This document shows, piece after piece, positions 44,038 through 57,727 of a stretch of 64,000 nt of DNA. Source of the DNA: the human T2T-CHM13v2.0 reference genome, Homo sapiens; the NCBI RefSeq assembly GCF_009914755.1, contig NC_060930.1; one strand, written 5' to 3'. The notes beneath the pieces were generated by a model that saw only the letters and a list, made by a program, of their open reading frames with translations, searched no databases and was not told where the DNA came from. Position 1 is the first letter of the stretch, and the number at the start of each line of letters is the position of its first letter. Position numbers and translations under genes: made by a program.

Positions 44038-46546
44038 TGAAGTATACAGGAAGATGTGCATAGGTTATATGCAAATATTATGCCATTTTATGTAAGTGAC
44101 CTGAATATCCACAGATTTTGGTATCTGAAGGAGGTCCTGGAACCAATCCCCCATGGATACTGAGGAATGACTGTTATTTATATACACATAATTCTTTATA
44201 AGGAATAATCACATATGATGAGGGCAGGCAAGACCTAAAATCTGCAGGGTGAGCCAGCAAGCTGGACACCCAAGAAAGCCTTGGTTTAGCTCCAGTCCAA
44301 GTTAGAAGGTGACCCAGGAGAGTTGATGGTGTCATTTTTATCCAAAGGCCAGCAAGCTGGAGACCCAGGAAGAGTCAAGATTTCAGGTCAAGATTGAAGG
44401 CAGGAAAAAAAGTCTATGTTCCATTTGAAGGGTGTTAGACAGGAAGAATTCTCTCTTACTCACAGGAGGGTCAGCCTTTTTGTTCTATCCAGGCCTTCAA
44501 CTGATTGAGTGAAGCCCACCCGCATTAGGGAGACAATCCACATTAGGGAAGCAATTTGAGTCCACTGATTCAAATGTTAACCTCATCCAGAAACACCCTC
44601 ACAGACACACCCAGAGTAATGCTTGAGAAAATGTCTGGGCACCCTGTGGTCCAGTCAAGTTGACATATAAAATTAGACATCACCGTCATAGTGTGTGGTA
44701 AGCACGGGGCATCCGGGGAGCACCCAGGAGGGCACCTAGATCAGCAGGGCTTTGCTGATTAGGAAGAAATCACACTTAAAATTAAAGTCTATATGTGGAC
44801 TCCTTATCTAGAGGTTCTCAACTGGTGCACAGGGAATCCTTTCATGGATGTGCTATCAGTTCTTCACTGGTATGTAGAACTGATTTGACTACAGCTGAGT
44901 ATTCCCACAGCAGGGCCATCTCTTCAGGTACAAGGTGACCTGGGCTGGCTGAGCAGCTTGCTGTGGAGCGAGTGCCATGGCTGCGGGTAAGAGGGGAGAA
45001 GTGGAGCACAGTCAAGTTCCCTCCAAAGAGAGGACTCTGCATGCTGGGCCGTAGGACAACTGGGCCCCAGAGTACAGGAGAGGTAGCCCAGGCAGCAACC
45101 ATTCTGTTCCAACAGTCAATGGTGCTGAAGGGGCCACTGGGACAATCACTGTGCTATTATATTTTGTGGTAAGGTTTGTGTTGCAAAGCTTGTTGATTGG
45201 TGTTGCATTGTTTTCATCTTTCAGTGCCTCACCAAACATGTTGGTATTAAAAAGAATGCTGTGATCACCAAAAAATTGAGAATTGCTGCATTACATTCTA
45301 AATCACAAAGAAGCAAAGGTGTCATTTTCTGTTTCCAACATCAGTAACAACAAACAGTTCGGTCTGAGCCCATTATGTGTGTCTTCCTTGCTCTGAGAGG
45401 GTAAAAAGTTCACCTTATGAAAGAATGTAGGCAAACTTTTTCTTTTGCTGTAAATGACAAAGCAATTTCTCTACCCATATTTTGAAAAATTGTTTTCATT
45501 ATGAGTTTGACTTTACTCCTACTTTCTAAAGGAAGGGCACAGGAGATACTAACAAATTCTTTGGCATTGCAGGCAACAAATTATCCACAAAGACTTTCAA
45601 GGCAAGAGCCCTGAGCAAACACAACTCGTGGCCAAGCGCCTTGCAAGTTGGCCCCCACTGAGGAGGAGAAAAGTGATTTCTTGCCAACCAAGGTTGCTTA
45701 TATTCCCACATTTAGTATCCTCAGGTGTGGTGCTTAGCAGCCACCTCCCAGGCTGGAGAGCTTTGAAGAATCTCCTCTTTGGAGACCCAGACATTGATTT
45801 TGAAAAAGCACCATGCTGCACTAGCCCTGAATGCCCCCCAAGACGGGCTTTCCCATCAGCTCACAAAGATGATCTAGTCTGAAATGAGGAGCTGCCAGAG
45901 TAACTCTCAGGGCAGTGGGAAGCATCTAAGTACAATGGGCTTTCAGAACGGCAAAGGCACTTTAGATCCATAAAGGGCCTTAGGAAATAGCATTTCTCTC
46001 TCCAAATGCTCTTTAAAAAGTTATGTAAGTCAACTCCACCATCAAGTCCAAGTTCATATTAATTCACTGTCGTCAAGTTAACCCAGCTCAGCACCAGCTC
46101 CTCCACTGCTGAGCCCACACCTACATGGAGTTGTCTCCACAGAGAGTAGGGGCAGATGCGAACCCTCACTCAATCGCCAGGGCTTTGCATACATTCTCAT
46201 GTTAATTCTCACAATGCATTTATAAGATACTTATTATTTTCCTTGTGGTAGGGGAATATTGGGATAGTAACCTTTTCCCTCTTCAGTTTATGTTTTCACT
46301 CCCTCTCTCCTATCATGGCCAGGCTTTAGGAACCATGCCATTGGAAAGGGAATAAAAGAAGCATTTCTATGTTGGTTTCCATAAACCAGTGATATTGGAG
46401 AAAGGAGAGGACTATCGGCATTTCCAGAATGTTGGAGGATTTACTTTTTTTTTTTAAGGAGGAATTCTCTTTTGCATACCTGCCACACCCACTCTCCACT
46501 AGGAAAAGAATGGGAAGAGAGGATGGTGAAGTAAGAATAACCTTTG

Positions 46547-46855
46547 GGTCCAGGCACAGTGGCTCATGCCTGTAATCCCAGTATGGGAGGCCAAGGTGGA
46601 GGATCACTTGATCCCGGGAGTTCAAGACCAGCTTAGGCAACTTAGTGAGACCTTGTCTTACCAAAAAAAAAAAAAAAAAAAGAATTAACCAAGTATGGTG
46701 GTGCATGCCTATAGTTCCAACTACTTGGGAGGCTAAGGTGGGAGGATTGCTTGAGCCCAGGAGCTCAAGGCTGCAGTGAACTATGATTGTACTACTGCAC
46801 TCCAGCCTGGGTGATGGAGCAAGACCCTGCCTCTAGAAAATAAATAAATAAATAG
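46547..46855 (+). mobile_element. AluJ
   Basis: Dimer with ggaggattgcttgagcccagg. Confidence 0.88.
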
Positions 46856-46894
46856 AAAATGGCCTTTAGAGGTCCCTGGAGAGAGGGGCTACAC

Positions 46895-47408
46895 CAGGTT
46901 CCATTGTCTAAAGAGAGTCACAACAACCTCTCCCATCTCACACACTCTTCTTGCAATGTGAGTGTGACACCTTTCAAAGAGAGGTGGGGCCGGTTTCCCC
47001 TTCTGTGGTCCTGAGCAATCTGGAGACTCTGGCAGCAGTAGCTCTTAAGGGCCATGCAGCTCTGGTTTGGGAGCTGAGACTCTCACCTGTAAGTCCAGGG
47101 CAGCCATGCTGTGAGGAAGCTCAGGTCGCATGGCGGGGCCTCGTGGAGGTGTTCAGGCCCCAGCTGAGGTCCCTGCTGAACAACTGCCATCAACAACCAC
47201 ACATGTGAGTGTAGAAGCCTCTAGATGATTCCTGCTTTCAGCCATCAAGTTGAGCCTATCTGAGGCCTCACGTACCACAGCAGAGAGGAAAGGTGTCCCC
47301 ACGTGCTCTTTGTAAATTTCTGACCCATAGATTCCATGAGCATAATCAAGTGGTTGTTTTAAGACTCTAAATTTTGCAGTAATTTGTTATGCAGAAATAA
47401 TTGAAACA
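46895..47408 (+). mobile_element. MLT1-family MaLR LTR
   Basis: 3' end ggttgttttaag...gtaatttgttatgcagaaataattgaaaca. Confidence 0.6.
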
Positions 47409-47644
47409 GGGCCCAGTATTCTTTCACCAGGACTGAGGGAAGTGGTAAACACTCTTGGATTTGAGAATGCCAGAACAGAGGATCTGTACTTCCCGAGAGC
47501 TCTAGGGTAAGATCTAAGAGACAGAATAACTACATGATGGTAGACAGGGCCTTGGACAGCCTCTTAGATTCTGGAAGCCTACCATGGTCTGGAACTAGCA
47601 GGATGATTCCTCTACCTGCAAGCATGGCACAGATATGAAGGGAT

Positions 47645-50461
47645 GAAGTAGCAAACACACCGGTCTTATTGGTGAGACATTTATGTGCCAGAGGTTGGGA
47701 AATAAATCCAACTAAAATTCAGGGAACTTCAACTTCAGTAAAATTTCTAGGGGTCCAGTGGTGTGGGGCCTGTCGAGATACTCCTTCTAAGGTGAAGGAT
47801 ATGTTGCTGCATTTGGTCCCTCCTACAACCAAGAAAGAGGCCTAAAGCCTAGTGGGCCTATTTGGATTTTGGAGGCAACACATTCCTAACTTGGCTCTGT
47901 TATTCCAGCCCATTTATCGAGTGACCTGAAAGGCTGCCAGTGTTGAGTGGGGTCCAGAACAGGAAAAGGCTCAGCAACACATCCAGACTGCTGTGCAAGC
48001 TACTCTGCCACTTGGGCCATATGACCCAGCAGATCCAATGGTGCTTGAGGTGTCAGTGGTAGATAGGGATCCTCTTTGGAGCCTTTGGCAGGCCCCCCTA
48101 GGTGAATCACAGTGGAAGCCTCTAGGATTTTGGAGCAAGGCCCTGCCATCTTCTACAGATAACTACTCTCCTTTTGAGAGACAGTTCTTGGCCAGTTACT
48201 GGGCTTTGGTGGTAACTGAATGTTTGACTATGGGTCATCAAGTCACCATATGACCTGAACTGCCTGTTATGAGCTGGGTACTTTCTTATCCATCTAGCCA
48301 TAAAGTGGATCATGCACAGCAGCATTCTATCATCAAATGGAAGTGGTACATACATCATCAGGCTCAAGCAGGTCCTAAAGGCACAAGTAAGTTACATGAA
48401 GAAGTGGCTCAAATGCCCATAGTCTCCACTCCTGCCATCCTGCCTTCTCTCCCCCAGCCTGTACCAATGGCCTCATGGGGAGTTTCCTATGATCAGTTGA
48501 CAGAGGAAGAGAAGACTAGGGCCTGGCTCATAGATGGTTCTGCACGATATGCAGGCGCTACCCGAAAGTGGACAGCTGCAGCACTACAGCCCCTTTGTAG
48601 GACATCCCTGAAGGATAGTGGTGAAGGGAAATCTTCCCAATGGGCAGAACTTTGAGTAGTGCATCTGGCTGTGCACTTTGCATGGAAGGAGAAATGGCCA
48701 AATGTGTGATAATATACTGATTCACGGACTGTAGCCAATGATTTGGCTGAATGGTCAGGTATTTGGAAGAAGCATGATTGGAAAATTGATGACAAATTTG
48801 GGGAACAGGTATGTGGATGGACCTCTCTGAGTGGTCAAGAACAGTGAAGATATTTGTATCCCATGTGAGTGCTCACCAACGGGTCATCTCAGCAGAGGAG
48901 GATTTTAATAATCAAGTAGATAGGATGACCCATTCTGTGGACACCACTTGGCCTCTTTCCCCAGCCACCCCTGTCATCACCCAAGGGGCCCATGAACAAA
49001 GTGGCCATGGTGGCAGGGATGGAGGTCATGCATGGGCTCAGCAACATAGGCTTCCACTCACCAAGGCTGACCTGGCTACAGACACTGCTGAGTGCCCAAT
49101 TTGCCAACAACAGAGACCAACACTGAGCCCTCAATATGGCACCCAACGGCAGTGGTTTGTCCTCACTGGAATAGATACTTACTCCAGATATGGGTTTGCC
49201 TATCCTGCACGCAATGCTTCTGGCAAGACTACCATCCGTGAACTCACAGAATGCCTTATCCACTATCATGGTATTCCACACAGCATTACCTTTAACCAAG
49301 GCACTCACTTTATGGCTAAAGAAGTGTGGCAGTGGGCCCATGCTCTTCGAATTCACTGGTCTTACCATGTTCCTCATCATCCTGAAGCAGCTAGATTGAT
49401 AGAACAGTGCAATGGCCTTTTGAAGTCACAATTACAATGCCAACTAAGTGACAATACTTTGCAGGGCTGGGGCAAAATTCTCCAGAAGGCCGTGTATGCT
49501 CTGAATCAGTGTTCAATATATGGTACTCTTTCTCCCATAGCCAGGATTCATGGGTCCAGGAATCAAGGGGTGGAAGTAGAAGTGGCATCACTTACCATCA
49601 CCCGTAGTGATCCACTAGCAAAATTTTTGCTTCCTGTTCCCACGACATTACGTTCTGCTGGCCTAGAAGCCTTAATTCCAGAGGGAGGAATGCTGCCACC
49701 AGGAGACACAACAACCATTCCATTAAACGGGAAGTTAAGATTGCCACGTGGACACTTTGGGCTCCTCCTACCTTTAAGGTAACAGGCTAAGAAGGGAGTT
49801 ACAGTGTTGGCTGGGGTGATTGACCTGAACTATCAAGATGAAATCAGTCTACTAATCCACAACGAAGATAAGGAAGAGTATGCATGGAATACAGGAGATC
49901 CATTAGGGCATCCCTTGGTATTACCATGCACTATGATTAAGGTCAATGGGTAACTGCAACAACCCAATCCAGGCAGGACTACAAATGGCCCAGACCCCTC
50001 AGGAATGAAGGTTTGGGTCACTCCACCAGGAAAAAAACCATGACCTGCTGAGGTGCTTGCTGAAGGCAAAGGGAATACAGAATGGGTAGTAAAAGAAGGT
50101 AGTCATCAATACCAGCTACGACCACGTGACCAGCTGCAGAAATGGGGACTGTAATTGTCATGGGCATTTCCTTCTTCTTTTGCAAAAAACATGTTTGTGC
50201 AAGTATACATTTTTACTGAGAAAATATCTTTATTTTATTTCCTTTTCCTTTATCATGTGACATAAGATTTTACTTCATATCAGCATTTACATATTGTTAA
50301 CTTTGTGTAATAGTATTTGGGTTGGGGATTGGTGCATTTCCGGTTGTATGAAGGATAGCTGTATTATATTAGGTGTAATTATGACCTTATTATTGTCTTT
50401 ATTTGAAGATATGTATGATCTCAGGAGGTGTGTATGTGTTCAAGTTGACAAGGGGTGGACT
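47645..50461 (+). mobile_element. HERV-L internal region, 3' half only (late RT, RNase H, integrase, dUTPase-like)
   Basis: ORFs 47993..48253 (PLGFWSKALP), 48269..48655 (AWLIDGSA), 48811..49782 (HVSAH, HEQSGHGG, CPIC, GHFGLLLP); many stops; PPT aaggggtggact before the LTR. Confidence 0.92.
48811..49782 (+). pseudogene. Decayed HERV-L RNase H end / integrase / dUTPase-like frame
   Basis: HHCC zinc motif kept; first catalytic Asp segment missing, second Asp reads N (FNQGTHF). Confidence 0.8.
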
Positions 50462-50926
50462 TGTGATGGTTAATACTGAGTGTCAACTTGATTGGATTGA
50501 AAGATACAAAGTATTAATACTGGGTGTGTCTGTGTGGGTGTTGCCAAAAGAGATAAACATTTGAGTCAGTGGGCTGGGAAAGGCAGACCCATCCTTAATC
50601 TGGTGGGCACAATCTAATCAGCTGCCAGTGAATATAAAACAGGCAGAAAAATATGAAAAGGAGAGACTGGCTTAGCCTCCCAGGCTGCATCTTTCTCCCA
50701 TGCTGGATGCTTCCTGCCCTCAGACATCGGACTCCAAGTTCTTCAGCTTTGGGACTCGAACTGACTCTCCTTGCTCCTCAGCTTGCAGACAGCCTATTGT
50801 GGGACCTTGCAATTGTGTAAGTTAATACTTAATAAACTCCCCTGTACATGTATCCTATTAGACATATAACATGTATATATACACACACTATTAGTTCTGT
50901 CCCTCTAGAGAACCCTGACTAATACA
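50462..50926 (+). mobile_element. MLT2A (MLT2A2-like) 3' LTR of HERV-L
   Basis: tgtgatggttaatactgagtgtcaacttgattggattga...agagaaccctgactaataca. Confidence 0.9.
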
Positions 50927-51276
50927 AATGGGAAAGAAGTGGTGACCTCTAAGGGCAGATGACCAAAGTTGGAAGAGGAGGTTCTGAAAAAGCCCGTGTG
51001 AGCAGACAGCACTGAGGACAAAACGCCCCTCCCTGCCTCACCCCTATCCAATGCTTGGCAATATGCAAGCCCCCTAGAATTGGGACACCACTAAAAACCC
51101 TTGGGCTATGGCTCTAATGCCACAGGGCCCTTCTGGATCCCTAGGATTGCGGACAAGACTTTTTGGGGCAAAGGGAAGAACCATTGTGCTGAGAAGAGGT
51201 TGAAATGCTTTCTATTTCAGTATTTAGTTGTCGTTTCTCCCAGGTGGTAGCTCCTACTAAGGGCACTGCAAGCCTA

Positions 51277-51758
51277 TGAAAGGGTTCAGGACACACTTCC
51301 CCAAAATATGGCACCTGGCATTTGAGAAAATAGCAGAAGCAGGAAGGTCACTCTCACTTTCCCCTTGCCCTTCTCCCATGAAGCAGGTCATAAAACCTTC
51401 ATTCCACGGTGCGCTCCCTAAACCAAGAGGAAAGCAACATCCTTATCACTGAAGATACAGGGACACAGAGAAGAATCTGAACAAACAGGTCTCTCTAAGT
51501 TTCCCCCAGTTAATTACCATTAGATCATACCCTCTTTGTTCAATCATACTTCTGCATGACTGTCCACCCTTCATCAACCCTAAGCATAAAAATATATGGG
51601 CTTCTCTATTTCTTTGGGTCTTCATTTCTGGACACTCCCATGTCACATAAAACTTAAATCAATGTGTACGCTTTTATCTTGTTGATCAGTCTTTTGTTAT
51701 AAATGCTTCAGCCATGAACCTAGCAATGAGTGAGAAAAGAAACCTTTCCTCTCCTACA
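51277..51758 (+). mobile_element. ERV1-class solo LTR (MER34/MER39-like)
   Basis: TG...CA ends; ccccaaaatatggcacc...agcagaagcaggaagg motif. Confidence 0.65.
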
Positions 51759-52757
51759 GATGCTTCTCTGGCTTTGCTTGTAGAAAAAGCAAGAATCTCA
51801 TGGTGGTCCCTACCTATAAGGAGCCTACACTTAGTACAGAGGAGGCCAAGGTGGGCTGGGGGTTGGGGATGTCTTGGACAACAGAAGGAACAGAAGTGGG
51901 AATGCTGTGTCCTGCAGAAGTGTGGGCTCGGCCAATGCCTGCACTTTTCCTGCATCAGGCTGCCAAGATCTGGGAGGAAAGGCAGATGGGATAGAGGCCT
52001 TACAAGGCCTGACCCAGAGGGGGAATGACCATCTGGTGTGTCTAGGCAGATTGGCCTTTGGACTTCTCCAGTAACATCTTGGCATTCTATTCCAGTGGGT
52101 CCCAAGCCATATGAGATTTAGATGTTACAAATTGCCTTCCAGTGTGGACAACCTGCAGAAGGGAACAGAACAGGTTTTAATGGTGATCTGTGCAAACCTG
52201 TGGCCAATCACAGAGAGCATGACAGATGTTCTAGTAGATGCCTGCACAGGCTTATGACATTGAGAACCACCTAGGACTTTCATAACATGCAATAACATGT
52301 AGGGCAAGGACACAAAAGTGACAGAAATTAAATCTCTATCACCCTGAGGAACATGGGGGCCACATATAGAAATGGAATTACAGAGAACTAAAGAGTTCTA
52401 TATGTTTTTATTTCATATACACATGAATGTGTGGTGTTAGATTTGTACAAACTGTCAAAAGCTGGCTCCCCAAATACCACAGAATCTGTCAATAAGACAA
52501 ATGAGTCATTGTCAATAAGACAGATGAGTTCATCTCAACGCAGTAAGAGAAAGCCACCTTTGACTTGGCAGTGTCTCAGAGGGGAAAAGGTAAGGTAAAA
52601 ATTGATTGAGAATTAGAAGCTTGGTTTAAGGCAGGTCTTACAATGTGGGACTTGATTAGGATTGGGTAATCATGATCCAACAGTACAGGATTGGTGGAAA
52701 TAGCAAGACGAGAGATTCAAAGAATCTTGTCTTTGATGCTTTCTATTGAAGATTTAG

Positions 52758-53052
<295 letters not shown>

Positions 53053-56000
53053 CGGAATTTGAAGAATTTTTACAGGAAATTTCTGTAATGGACAACGAAA
53101 GCTTTTCCTTGGGCTGGAGGATACCATCAAAGTAAAGTCATGCTAATGAAGATATGTTAAAGATTTGCTAATGAAGGTAGGGAAATCCTGTTAACTAGAT
53201 TGTAAGGCAGGTTTGGGTTCTAAGTATCCAGGCTGAGTATGGGAGCCAGTGGGTTCTGTTCTCACTACTATATCCCCATTTTACATTTAGGAGACCTTGG
53301 GTTCAGACCCCTCTGAATTTGTAACGTGTTCGAAGTTACTTGTAACTTTGAAGTAACTTGTTCAAAGTCACAAATCTAGTCAGATGAAATAGTACAGTGG
53401 TTAAGAGCATGGGTTCTGGAATTAAACTGTTTGGGATCTTATGCAAGTTTAGAAAGTTACTTAATTACTCTGTGCCTCAGTCTTATCATCCATAAAATGG
53501 GGGTTCTAATGGTAGCTAGCACATAGAATTGTGATGAGAATTAAATGCATTAACACCTGAAAAGCGTTTAGCACAGGCTCTGACATTGTGCTCCAAAAAT
53601 GACAGCTAGCAGTAGTAATAGTTGCACAATAGTAAAAGTGGTAGTAGTAATAATAATAAGTGTAGACCAGGGTTTGAACCAGTTTTGTTGGACTCCAGTG
53701 CAGAATTGGCTACAGAATTTGCCCAGTGCAAAATTAAAATGCAGGACCTTGTGTCCAAAAGTTATCAAGAATTTCAAGGGAGCAACAGTAGTGCATTAAA
53801 TTAAACATAGGATCCTTCTAAACATCCAGCCCTGTACGCATGCACAAGTCACATGCCCATGAAACTGGCTCTGCTCCAGGGCACTTTCAAGGAAAATCTA
53901 TTATCCTCTTAACTAGTGTTAAATAAAATCTATGGGAGCCCACTAATTTGGACTGAGCTGCTGCATTAGGCCCCAACATATGAACCCAAGATGGAGTCAC
54001 CTGTGCTAAGATTCCATGTCACCAAACTGAAACCTAACCTGTTTACTTGTAAGATCTGACCTTCCTTGGGCGTGATGGCTCACACCTATAATCCCAGCAC
54101 TTTGGGAGGCCAAGGCAGGTGGATTGCCTCAGCTCAAGAGTTTCATGCGCGTCCGTGTAAAGAGACCACCAAACAGGCTTTGTATGAGCAACATGGCTGT
54201 TTATTTCACCTGGGTGCAGGCGGGCTGAGTCCGAAAAGAGAGTCAGCGAAGGGAGATAGGGTGGGGCCGTTTTATAAGATTTGGGCAGGTAAAGGAAAAT
54301 TACAGCCAAAGGGGGTTTGTTCTTTGGCGGGCAGGAGTGGGGGTCACAAGGTACTCAGTGGGGGAGCTTTTGAGCCAGGATGAACCAGGAGAAGGAATTT
54401 CACAAGACAATGTCATCAGTTAAGGCAGGAACAGGCCATTTTCACTTCTTTTGTGGTGGAATGTCATCAGTTAAGGCAGGAACTGGCCATCTGGATGTGT
54501 ACTTGCAGGTCACGGGGATATGATGGCTTAGCTTGGGCTCAGAGGCCTGACATTCCTGTCTTCTTATATTAATAAGAAAAATAAAATGAAACAGTGGTAA
54601 AGTGTTGGGACGGTGAAAATTTTTTTGGGGTGGTATGGAGAGATAATGGGCGATGTTTCTCACGGCTGCTTCGAGCGGGATTAGGGGCGGCGTGGGAACC
54701 TAGAGTGGGAGAGATTAAGCTGAAGGAAGATTTTGTGGTAAGGGGTGATATCGTGGGGTTGTTAGAAGAAACATTTGTCATTTAGAATTATTGGTGATGG
54801 CCTGGATACAGTTTTGTGTGAATTGAAAAACTAAACGGAATAAGAGAAGGAGAAAAACAGGTATTAAAGGACTAAGAATTGGGAGGACCTAGGACATCTA
54901 ATTAGGAAGTGCCTAAGGAGGTTCAGCATAATCCTGTCAGCTAAGATTATTTATTTACTTCAAGAGTTAAGAGTGGCAGTTTGGGGATAGCACCAGGAAA
55001 TATCAGCTGTGATGGCTTGGAGAAACAGTGTAAACCGGCAGTGTAAACAAGAGCAGGGCATGTATGAGTAGTTGAGAAGGGTGAATAGGAGTATGACTAC
55101 AGAGAAGATAGGAGGGATGACAAGTTTTTTTGGGGCACAGTCTAAGTTAGTCTGGTGTCTGGAATGAGACTGGGGCCTACTAAAAAAGAGCATCTATACA
55201 AGAGCTCAAATGGGCTGTACCCTGTAGCATTCCAAGGACAGGTCTGACTTCTGAGAAGGGAAAGTGGTAAAAGTATTCTCCAGTCCTTTTTAAGTTGGTG
55301 GCTGAGCTTTGTGAGGTGTGTTTTTAAAAGACCTTTAGTCCGTTCTACTTTTCCTGAAGATGGAGGACCGTAAGGGATATAAAGGTTTCACTGAATACTA
55401 AGAGCCTGAAAAACTGCTTGGCTGATTTGACTAATAAAGGCTGGTCTGTTATCAGACTGTATAGAGGTGGGAAGGCTAAACTGAGGAATTATGTCTGACA
55501 GAAGGGAAGAAATGACCGTGGTGGCCATCTCAGACCCTGTAGGAAAGGCCTCTACCTATCCAGTGAAAGTGTTTACCTAGACTAAGAGGTATTTTAGTTA
55601 TCTGACTCGGGGCATGTTGAGTAAAGCTAATTTGCCAGTCCTGGGTGGGGGCAAATCCTCGAGCTTGATGTGTAGGGAAGGGAGGGGGCCTGAATAATCC
55701 CTGAGGAGTAGTAGAATAGCAGATGGAACACTGAGAAGTTATTTCCTTGAGGATAGATTTCCACGATGGAAAGAAAATGAGAAGTTCTAAGAGGTGAGCT
55801 AGTGGCTTGTACTATAGCATAGCCTGCCTTTGCTGGTGTGTGGCTATTAGGCCTGGTGGAACTGCCATCAATAGATAAGCATGATCAGGGTGAGGAACAG
55901 GAAAGAAGGAAATATGGGGAAATGGGGTGAATGTCAGGTGGATCAGAGAGGTACAGTCATGAGGCTCAGGTGTGGTATCCAGAATAATGTGGGAGGCCGG

Positions 56001-56378
56001 ATTGAAGTCCGGGCCAGGAACAATGGTAATTGTGGGACTTAAAGAGTGAGTACAGCTGAAGGAGCCAGGGAGCAGAAAGTATATGCATCAGGTATGAGGA
56101 AGAAAATAGATTTTGGAAGTTATGAGAAATGTAGAGAGTAAGTTGAGCATAGTTTGTGATTTTGAGGGCCTCTAAAAGTATTAGGGCCTTTAAAAGTATT
56201 AGGGCGGCAGCAGCCACTGCACGCAGACATGAGGGCTAGGCTAAAACAGTAAGGTCAAGTTGTTTGCACAGAAAGGCTACAGAGTGAGGTCCTGGCTCTT
56301 GTGTAAGAATTCTGACCACACTAACCATGCCTAGGAGGAAAGGATTTGTTGTTTTGTAAGGGATTGAGGTTTGAGAGA

Positions 56379-56945
56379 TTAATCGGACACGATCAGCAGG
56401 GAGAGCACGTGTGTTTTTATGAGAATTATGCTGAGATAGGTAACAGATAAGGAAGAAATTTGGGCTTGACTGAAGTAATGGGGGCTGTCTGTGAAGCTCT
56501 GTGGCAGTACGGCCCAGGTAATTTGCTGAGCCTGATGGGTGTCAGGGTCAGTCCAAGTGAAAGTGAAGAGAGGCTGGGATGACAGGTGCAAAGGAATAGT
56601 AAAGAAAGCATGTTTGAGATCCAGAACAGAATAATGGATTGTGGAGGAAGGTATTGAGGATAGGAGAGTATATGGGTTTGGCATCATGGGGTGGATAGGC
56701 AAAACAATTTGGTTGATAAGGCATAGATCCTGAACTAACTTGTAAGGCTAGTCTGGTTTTAGGACAGGTAAAATGGGGGAATTGTAAGGAAAGTTTATAG
56801 GCTTTAAAAGGCCATGCTGTAGCAGGCAAGTGATAGCAGGCTTTAAACCTTTCAAAGCATGCTGCGGGATGGGATATTGGCATTGATCAGGGTAAGGGTG
56901 ATTAGGTTTTAATGAGATAGTAAGGGGTGCATGATCGGTCGCCAA
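56379..56945 (-). pseudogene. HERV-H reverse transcriptase remnant
   Basis: QYPIP, YNSPILPV, YSVLDLKHAFFTIP, WAVLPQSF; interrupted, no YxDD. Confidence 0.85.
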
Positions 56946-56963
56946 GGAGGGAGTAGAGGTATC

Positions 56964-57353
56964 TTATACTTGTGGGTTAAGGTGGGGGAATACAAGAGGA
57001 AGACACAAAGGAGGCTTTGGATTGGGAAGAAGGGTGGCAATGAGATGCAGCTGTAATCCAGGAATAGTCAGGGAAGCAGATAATTTAGTTAAAGTGTCTC
57101 GGCCTAATAAGGGAACTGGGCAGGTGGGGATAACTAAAAAGGAGTGCTTAAAAGAGTATTCTCTAAGTTGGCACCACAGTTGGGGAGTTTTAAGAGGTTT
57201 AGAAGCCTGACTGTCAATACCCACAATAGTTATGGAGGCAAGGGAAACAGGCCCTTGAAAATAAGGTAATGTGGAGTGGGTAGCCTCCGTATTGATTAAG
57301 AAGGGGACGGGCTCACCTTCCACTGTGAGAGTTACCCGAAGCTCGGCGTCCAT
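56964..57353 (-). pseudogene. HERV-H protease remnant
   Basis: FLINTEATHS (DTGA motif degraded) and LLGRD. Confidence 0.85.
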
Positions 57354-57403
57354 GATGGTCTAGGGGGCTTCCGAGGCGATCGGGCAGTGTCAGTCTTCAG
57401 CCG

Positions 57404-57727
57404 CTAAGCCGAGAAGGAGTCAGTCAGAGAGCCTTGGGCCAGAGTTCCAGGGACCCTGGGAGTGGCTGCCAGGTGAGTTGAACAGTCCGATTTCCAGTGG
57501 GGTCCCACACAGATGGGACATGACTTAGGAGGAATCCTGGGCTGCAGGCATTCCTTGGCCTGGTGGTCAGATTTCTGGCACTTGTAGCAAGCTCCTGGGG
57601 GAGGAGGTTTTGGAGGAACGCCTGTCTGCTGCGGTTCAGGCATTTGGAAGTTCTTGTGTGCTGGAGATGTGGCTGGGGTTTGTCTCACAGTGGAGGCAAG
57701 GAATTGCAACTTTTTTCTATTGTACAC
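57404..57727 (-). pseudogene. HERV-H gag nucleocapsid remnant
   Basis: Zinc knuckles CYKCQKSDHQAKEC and CPICVGPHWKSDC. Confidence 0.85.

Noticed and set aside
42861-45239. Twin ORFs starting MFGEALKDENN
   Set aside because: Artefact of the 188-bp duplication; one runs into microsatellite.
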